This document shows positions 58,522 through 64,000 of a stretch of 64,000 nucleotides of DNA, one piece after another; position 1 is the first letter of the stretch; each line of letters begins with the position of its first letter. The notes below the pieces were generated by a model. That model saw only the letters and a program-made list of their open reading frames with translations, was not told where the DNA came from and ran no database searches. The DNA is from a virus. The stretch lies in the IMG/VR virus record IMGVR_UViG_3300047323_000138, positions 23,352-87,351 of that record. One strand, written 5' to 3'. The position numbers and the translations under genes were made by a program.

Positions 58522-59183
58522 AGACAAAATCACAAAGGGGTCTATCAGACTTCAAAGATGCTAATGGCTTGTGGGTTCGAAGTTATACGCTGAGAACAGA
58601 CGAAGATACCCAGACTCAGTACCACACAAGGGCTGGTGTTTTATTTTCTCACATCAAAGATCGTTGTAGATCCGACAGTTACTATGTAAAGAACAAACCG
58701 GCATACAAAGATTGTGAAAATGATTTTAAAGACTTTCAAAGTTTTACTGACTGGTGCCAAGATCAGTATGGGTACATGAATAGAGAGGATAAGCTCAATC
58801 AATATTGGTCAATTGATAAAGATATTCTAGTGCCCGGCAACAAAGTCTACAGTGAAAGCACTTGTATTTTTGTGCCGTCTTATATAAACTCTGTATTTGC
58901 ATACAGTCAGGCAACAAGAGGCGAGTACCCAATTGGTGTAGACTTTAAATCTAGGGAAGGTAAATTCAGAAGTTCCTGTAGAGACAATGATGGGAAACAG
59001 AGGCACCTTGGGTATTTTACAGAGCCCTTTGAAGCACACCGAGCATGGCAGCTATTTAAAGTGGGAGTTATTAGGAAATGGTCAGAAGACATTGACCTAG
59101 GAGTAAAACTACAAACTGCTTTAGTGGATAGAGCTGAAATCATTGAAAAAGATCACGCCAATAAAATCATTACGTTATACTGA
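58509..59183 (+). CDS. HNH-type homing endonuclease
   Basis: WSIDKDILVPGNKVYSESTCIFVP; HLGYFTEPFEAHRAW. Confidence 0.8.
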   Translation: MARLKTKSQRGLSDFKDANGLWVRSYTLRTDEDTQTQYHTRAGVLFSHIKDRCRSDSYYVKNKPAYKDCENDFKDFQSFTDWCQDQYGYMNREDKLNQYWSIDKDILVPGNKVYSESTCIFVPSYINSVFAYSQATRGEYPIGVDFKSREGKFRSSCRDNDGKQRHLGYFTEPFEAHRAWQLFKVGVIRKWSEDIDLGVKLQTALVDRAEIIEKDHANKIITLY

Positions 59184-59194
59184 GGGGAAGGGTT

Positions 59195-59680
59195 TTGAGT
59201 AAGAAAGAGTGCATCAAATTTGGATACGCAATTGGGAACATGCCTGCAATGGGCGACCACTGGGAAGTTTGGAAGCAAGTGAAATCTCAATCCAAACTTA
59301 TCCTAGAAGAAGTGAATGAACTTGAGGATGCTTGTTCAGAGGAAGACCTTCTAGAAGTGTTGGACGCTGTAATGGATATCAAATATCTGAACACATACCT
59401 TGAACATTTGTTGGAAGCTTACGGCTGCAAAACTAAGCTTGCTTGGGAAACAGTATGTTCGAATAATGCTCAGAAGATTACAACTAGCTACACCTACGCA
59501 CAAAGTAGTAAAGAATATCTAGAATCTCGTGAAGATGGTGAATTCTATATTGATGAAACTTTGTTTGAAGGTGAACGTCTGTACACTGTGAAGCGTATGT
59601 CTGATAATAAAGTAATGAAGCTGAAATCCCATGTACGGCCTGAGCTTAATGGTTGTATCCCTGAAGAGTTTAAAGTATGA
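59195..59680 (+). CDS. MazG-like NTP pyrophosphohydrolase
   Basis: EEVNE...EVLDAVMD..Y, VCSNNAQK, KVMK. Confidence 0.8.
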   Translation: MSKKECIKFGYAIGNMPAMGDHWEVWKQVKSQSKLILEEVNELEDACSEEDLLEVLDAVMDIKYLNTYLEHLLEAYGCKTKLAWETVCSNNAQKITTSYTYAQSSKEYLESREDGEFYIDETLFEGERLYTVKRMSDNKVMKLKSHVRPELNGCIPEEFKV

Positions 59681-59845
59681 TCCACGCACATGTCCCAACA
59701 CCGCGACCAAAGCTTGTATGGCAAGATATTATAAAGTCGAAAGAAGACTATACAAACCTAGCTAAGTCAGGCATGATGTACGTATACTTTCCAGATATTG
59801 GTACTTGGAAAGATTGTGAAGAATATTTGAATAAGGGGATAGAAG

Positions 59846-60505
59846 TTGTTTGATTTTATCAAATGTAAAGTTATTGGTGTAACACAACCTGTAGTAGACT
59901 TCATTCCAGACAGTGAAGGTATCATTTCATACGCAGCACGAGTCAGCGCACCACAGAATCAAAGTAATTTCGACACAGCAGCAAAGCTTCTCAAGTATTG
60001 TGTAGACCATCAACATTATTCAGTGTTTGAGACTTGTAACATTACAATGGAAATTGAAGCACCACGGGACATTGCAAGGCAGATTCTTCGTCACCGTAGT
60101 TTCAGTTTTCAAGAGTTTAGCCAACGTTATGCAGAATCTACAGACTTCATTACTCGTGAATGTCGTTTGCAAGATGAAAAGAATCGTCAGAACAGTATTA
60201 GTACAGAAGATTGGATGCTGATAGACTATTGGGAAATTGCACAGCAAGAAGTGTTAGAGCTTGTAAAGTTTCATTATGAAAAAGCTTTGATGTTGGGTAT
60301 TGCTAAAGAAGTTTCTCGTTGTCTCTTGCCAGAAGGTCTTGCAATGAGTAAGATGTACATGAATGGCACAGTGAGGAGTTGGTTGCATTACATTCAACTT
60401 CGTGAAGAGAACGGTACACAGCTTGAACATACTGATGTAGCTAAGAAGGCTAAAATAGAAGTATTGAAGTATTTTCCATTCCTTGAGAATGTATTGGAGA
60501 AATAA
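59846..60505 (+). CDS. thyX: Flavin-dependent thymidylate synthase
   Basis: HYSVFE, RQILRHRSFSFQEFSQRY, KEVSRCLLP. Confidence 0.95.
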   Translation: MFDFIKCKVIGVTQPVVDFIPDSEGIISYAARVSAPQNQSNFDTAAKLLKYCVDHQHYSVFETCNITMEIEAPRDIARQILRHRSFSFQEFSQRYAESTDFITRECRLQDEKNRQNSISTEDWMLIDYWEIAQQEVLELVKFHYEKALMLGIAKEVSRCLLPEGLAMSKMYMNGTVRSWLHYIQLREENGTQLEHTDVAKKAKIEVLKYFPFLENVLEK

Positions 60506-60506
60506 A

Positions 60507-61069
60507 ATGAGTTTCCAGAACGTAGAAGATTCACCAATTGAATATTACATCCTTGAAGCTGCTGCACTGATTGCCGTTAGAGAAGGTATTCAGAAGCGTG
60601 AAGCTCATATAAAGATTCTTGAGACACTGAGTGAATGGATTAGTTATTACGAGGCCGCGCTGCCAGTAAAGAGTGCTTATAATAAATTTCGGAGTAGTAC
60701 TGTATGAGTGTAGGATTTAATCTTTCTTTGTCAGATTTGCTTTTGGTTCAAGGGTTTGCCCAAGCATTTGGTGAAGATAATAAACCAGCAATTAATAAGT
60801 TTCTTTTTGATAACGGTCTAGATGTTTCGATGGGGGTAGATGAAGTAGTTTGCAAGCATCGTAATCTTCGTGGGAATGTTGTAGACTGTTTGATGTATCA
60901 AGGGCATGAACGTAGTTGCAAAGAGTGGTTGTCTGGTGGCTCAGCCAGTTGGGATAATGTTGTGGACAACTGTAGTTTGGATCTTCGGATTGATCTTAAG
61001 ACAATAGGCGCTCAGTCTAATAACACAGGTATGATCCTTGATCAACTAGAACGACATGCAAGTAAATAA
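60507..61069 (+). other. Two hypothetical CDSs
   Basis: 60507-60707 and 60704-61069 with SD GGAG. Confidence 0.65.
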
Positions 61070-61109
61070 GCTTAAAGAATTAATTAGAAATTATTAAATA
61101 AGGAGTTGT

Positions 61110-63329
61110 ATGAATACCGCTGGCAAAGATATGATGTCGTCCTCTAAATTTTACATGGGCTATTCTCGTTGGGATGAAGCTAAGGCTGGATACGAAACTT
61201 GGGAAGAATCTGTTGAACGTGTAATGAATATGCACCGACAGAAATATGCTACTGTAATGACACCAGAACTTGAAGAGTATATTTCTTTCGCAGAACAAGC
61301 TTATAAAGATAAGGCTGTGTTGGGGGCACAACGAGCACTTCAGTTTGGTGGAGAACAACTGTTTAAACATGAAGCTCGTATGTACAACTGCTCTGTTAGT
61401 CATTGTGACCGAGCAACATTCTTTCAAGAGTGCATGTACCTTCTGTTGTGCGGATGTGGGGTTGGGTTCTCTGTTCAATCACATCACATTGCAAAGCTTC
61501 CAAAAGTACACAAACGTTATGAAAAGAAAGTAAAAGTATTCCAAGTTCCAGATACAATTGAAGGTTGGGCTGATGCTTTCGGTGTACTGTTCAGTAGTTA
61601 CTTTGTAGATGGTGGTAGCTTCCCTGAATACAAAGGTTGTCAAGTACACTTTGACTTCAACAAGATTCGTCCTAAAGGATCTTTGATTAGTGGTGGTTTT
61701 AAAGCTCCCGGTCCAGATGGTTTGCGTAGTGCGTTGGTCAAGTGTGAAGCGTTGCTAGAAGCATTAGTTGAGGGGAAAACAGAAGCTGTTAGCGTTCCTA
61801 CCATCACAGCTTATGACTTTGTTATGCACATGTCTGACGCAGTTTTGAGTGGTGGTGTTCGTCGGTCTGCAACTATCTGCATGTTTGACAAAGACGATGA
61901 GTTGATGTTGAAAGCGAAGACTGGTGATTGGTTTGTTGATAACCCACAACGTGGTCGAAGCAATAACTCTGTAATGCTTGTTCGTCACGAACTGAGTCGT
62001 GAGGAGTGGGCTAATATTATGAAGTCTGTTAAGGACTTTGGTGAACCCGGTTTTATCTTCACGGAGAATAAAGAGTTCTGTTTTAATCCTTGCGTAGAAA
62101 TTGGGATGTTGCCAGTTGCAGAGAATGGTGAATCAGGCTTTCAATTCTGTAATCTTACGGAGATTAATGGTGGTCAGTGCGTAGATAAAGAATCGTTCTT
62201 CCGGGCTTGTAAAGCTGGTGCAATTCTTGGTACTCTCCAAGCTGGCTACTCTAACTTTAAATATCTTTCTGATGCTACACGGCGTATTACAGAGAAAGAA
62301 GCTTTGCTTGGTGTGAGCATTACGGGTTGGATGAATAATCCAGATGTACTGTTTGATCCACAAAACATGATTGATGGTGCAACTGTAGTTAAAGATATTA
62401 ACTCTGTTGTTTCTATTCTTCTTGGTATCAATCAGGCAGCACGAACTACAGCAGTAAAACCAAGTGGCAATGCTTCTGTTGTATTGGGTACAGCTTCAGG
62501 TATTCACGGGGAACACAGTCCTAAATACTTGCGTAATGTTCAGATGAATGTGGGAGATGAAGTTACTCGTATCATCACTAAGACTAACCCTAAAATGGTT
62601 GAACCTAGCGTATGGAGTAGTAATGGCACAGACGTTGTAGTTAGCTTCCCAGTTGAGAGTAAAGAAGGTAGTATTTACAAATCTGATTTGATGGGCGTGA
62701 AACAGCTTGACTATGTTAAAACTGCTCAGGAATATTGGATTGAACATGGTACTAACTACGAACTGTGCGTTGACCCTGATCTTCGTCACAACGTAAGTAA
62801 TACTATTACAGTTGATGATTGGGACGAAGTAGAGGAGTATATCTACAATAACCGTAAATGGTTTGCTGGTATCTCCCTTCTGAGTTCGATGGGTGATCGT
62901 GCATATGCTCAAGCACCATTCACTGAAGTATTCACCGCACAACAGATTGTTGATATGTATGGTGACTCTTCCATGTTTGCATCTGGCCTGATTGTTGGAG
63001 CATTGCAAGCATTTGGTAATAACCTGTGGATGGCGTGTGATACGGCACTTGGGTTTGGGTTGAAACTTGACCCAGAAGATTCCAGTGATTTGCTCAAACG
63101 TGATTGGGTACGTCGAGTTAAGAAGTTTGCAGAACGCAACTTTGATGGGGATGTTATGAAGCTTACTTTTATGTTGAAGGATTGTCATAACCTTCACAAA
63201 TGGGTTGGTATTAATAGTAACTTCGTTGATGTGGACTTCTCGACTGATCTTTCTCAACAAAGTTACACAGAAGTAGACACAATGGGTGCTGTAGCCTGTA
63301 GTGGGGGGATTTGTGAAATCAGCTTTTGA
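61110..63329 (+). CDS. nrdJ: Class II (adenosylcobalamin-dependent, RTPR-like) ribonucleotide reductase
   Basis: YNCS, GCGVGFS, SGGVRRSA, NPCVEI, CNLTE, VKPSG, C-terminal CSGGIC; no nrdB seen nearby. Confidence 0.8.
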   Translation: MNTAGKDMMSSSKFYMGYSRWDEAKAGYETWEESVERVMNMHRQKYATVMTPELEEYISFAEQAYKDKAVLGAQRALQFGGEQLFKHEARMYNCSVSHCDRATFFQECMYLLLCGCGVGFSVQSHHIAKLPKVHKRYEKKVKVFQVPDTIEGWADAFGVLFSSYFVDGGSFPEYKGCQVHFDFNKIRPKGSLISGGFKAPGPDGLRSALVKCEALLEALVEGKTEAVSVPTITAYDFVMHMSDAVLSGGVRRSATICMFDKDDELMLKAKTGDWFVDNPQRGRSNNSVMLVRHELSREEWANIMKSVKDFGEPGFIFTENKEFCFNPCVEIGMLPVAENGESGFQFCNLTEINGGQCVDKESFFRACKAGAILGTLQAGYSNFKYLSDATRRITEKEALLGVSITGWMNNPDVLFDPQNMIDGATVVKDINSVVSILLGINQAARTTAVKPSGNASVVLGTASGIHGEHSPKYLRNVQMNVGDEVTRIITKTNPKMVEPSVWSSNGTDVVVSFPVESKEGSIYKSDLMGVKQLDYVKTAQEYWIEHGTNYELCVDPDLRHNVSNTITVDDWDEVEEYIYNNRKWFAGISLLSSMGDRAYAQAPFTEVFTAQQIVDMYGDSSMFASGLIVGALQAFGNNLWMACDTALGFGLKLDPEDSSDLLKRDWVRRVKKFAERNFDGDVMKLTFMLKDCHNLHKWVGINSNFVDVDFSTDLSQQSYTEVDTMGAVACSGGICEISF

Positions 63330-63529
63330 GGTGTGAAATGGACTACATTGAACTAATGGAAAAGGTTGGTACACAATCTAACGTAACCCACTCTTGCCCA
63401 CGCTGTAATTCGCCAGTTAGATGCGACATTATGCAAGGAAAGAACTTGTGCTGGTGTTTCAACGTACAGAGCAAGGGGCTAGAGCTGAACGACGTTTGTA
63501 TGTGTAAAAACTGCCTTAATAAAGCTTGA
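63326..63529 (+). CDS. Cysteine-rich CWC family protein
   Basis: CPRC....C......CWC...CMCKNCL. Confidence 0.75.
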   Translation: MRCEMDYIELMEKVGTQSNVTHSCPRCNSPVRCDIMQGKNLCWCFNVQSKGLELNDVCMCKNCLNKA

Positions 63530-63553
63530 CACCATAATCTGATATGCTATATT

Positions 63554-63585
63554 GGCTCATATCTCTTCGGGGATGTGGGCCTTTT
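63554..63585 (+). terminator. Intrinsic terminator with UUCG loop, adjacent to a promoter
   Basis: GGCTCATATCTC-TTCG-GGGATGTGGGCC-TTTT; TTGACA(63526)-16-TATATT just upstream. Confidence 0.7.
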
Positions 63586-63599
63586 ATTGGGAGAAATTT

Positions 63600-63845
63600 A
63601 TGTTAACCGAAGATTGGAACAAACTAGAAATAGGTAGCGTTGTCTACGCACTCAAGAACCTTTATAATTCTTGTGATGTTTATGGTAATTCGTGCTATGC
63701 TAAGAAACATGATAAGCTGATTGTACGTGGATTCTCAGAATACAGAGCACACAGTCCTTGGGTAAGTCATGAGGATGTTACAGACAACACAGGATTTTAT
63801 ATCAGTAAGAATGAAGTCTCAATGATGAAACACTTTGAGCACTAG
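63600..63845 (+). CDS. Hypothetical protein
   Basis: SD GGGAG; start re-set to ATG 63600. Confidence 0.6.
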   Translation: MLTEDWNKLEIGSVVYALKNLYNSCDVYGNSCYAKKHDKLIVRGFSEYRAHSPWVSHEDVTDNTGFYISKNEVSMMKHFEH

Positions 63846-64000
63846 GAGAATAAATCATGAAAGGTTATGAAGACATTGCAGCCACACTAGCTTTACTAGT
63901 CGTTGTACTAGTAGGAGGTTACGTTTACCTGAACAGTGAAGTAATCAAACAACAACGAGAAGAATTACGTACAGCACCAAAGAAACATGTAGAGATGAAG

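Noticed and set aside
48657-63374. Long antisense ORFs (48657-49337, 50718-51638, 55165-55764, 62496-63374) and similar ones elsewhere
   Set aside because: Shadows of well-supported genes on the opposite strand; no SD or motifs
63598-63608. Second dif-like site (TTATGTTAACC)
   Set aside because: Imperfect XerD arm, no XerC arm; coincides with a start codon

Overview
This is a 64-kb segment of a low-GC, apparently lytic tailed dsDNA phage, probably of a Gammaproteobacterium (inferred from sigma70-type promoters and an E. coli/Pseudomonas-type XerD arm). There are four transcription blocks. (1) 1-12.3 kb, minus strand: packaging and late genes (TerL, putative TerS, fibre and tailspike proteins) with homing endonucleases and several structured non-coding RNAs. 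(2) 12.8-27.9 kb, plus strand: accessory genes (DNA MTase, PhoH, ClpP-like protease, dCMP deaminase, phosphoesterases, GGQ domain, SLOG/DprA-like). (3) 28.8-43.9 kb, minus strand: early-type cluster of small ORFs with repeated promoters, plus a PolA/T7-RNAP-superfamily protein. (4) 44-64 kb, plus strand: T7-like replication and nucleotide metabolism (primase-helicase, DNA pol A, SSB, exonucleases, ThyX, class II RNR). The best candidate for an undescribed system is 9600-10100: a textbook hammerhead ribozyme whose 3' product is a back-to-back array of hairpins, three with anti-Shine-Dalgarno (CUCUCCU) loops. Other signals absent from the ORF track: a dif-like XerC/D site (28402-28429); a CopG-like plus RepA_N-like module with palindromic operators; RBS-sequestering RNA leaders on two HNH genes; two HNH insertions flanked by recoded duplicates of the target gene's N-terminus; and a 44-aa peptide resembling a RelB/DinJ antitoxin tail. 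No tRNA, rRNA, CRISPR array, integrase or intron was recognised. All calls come from reading motifs by eye; no searches were run.
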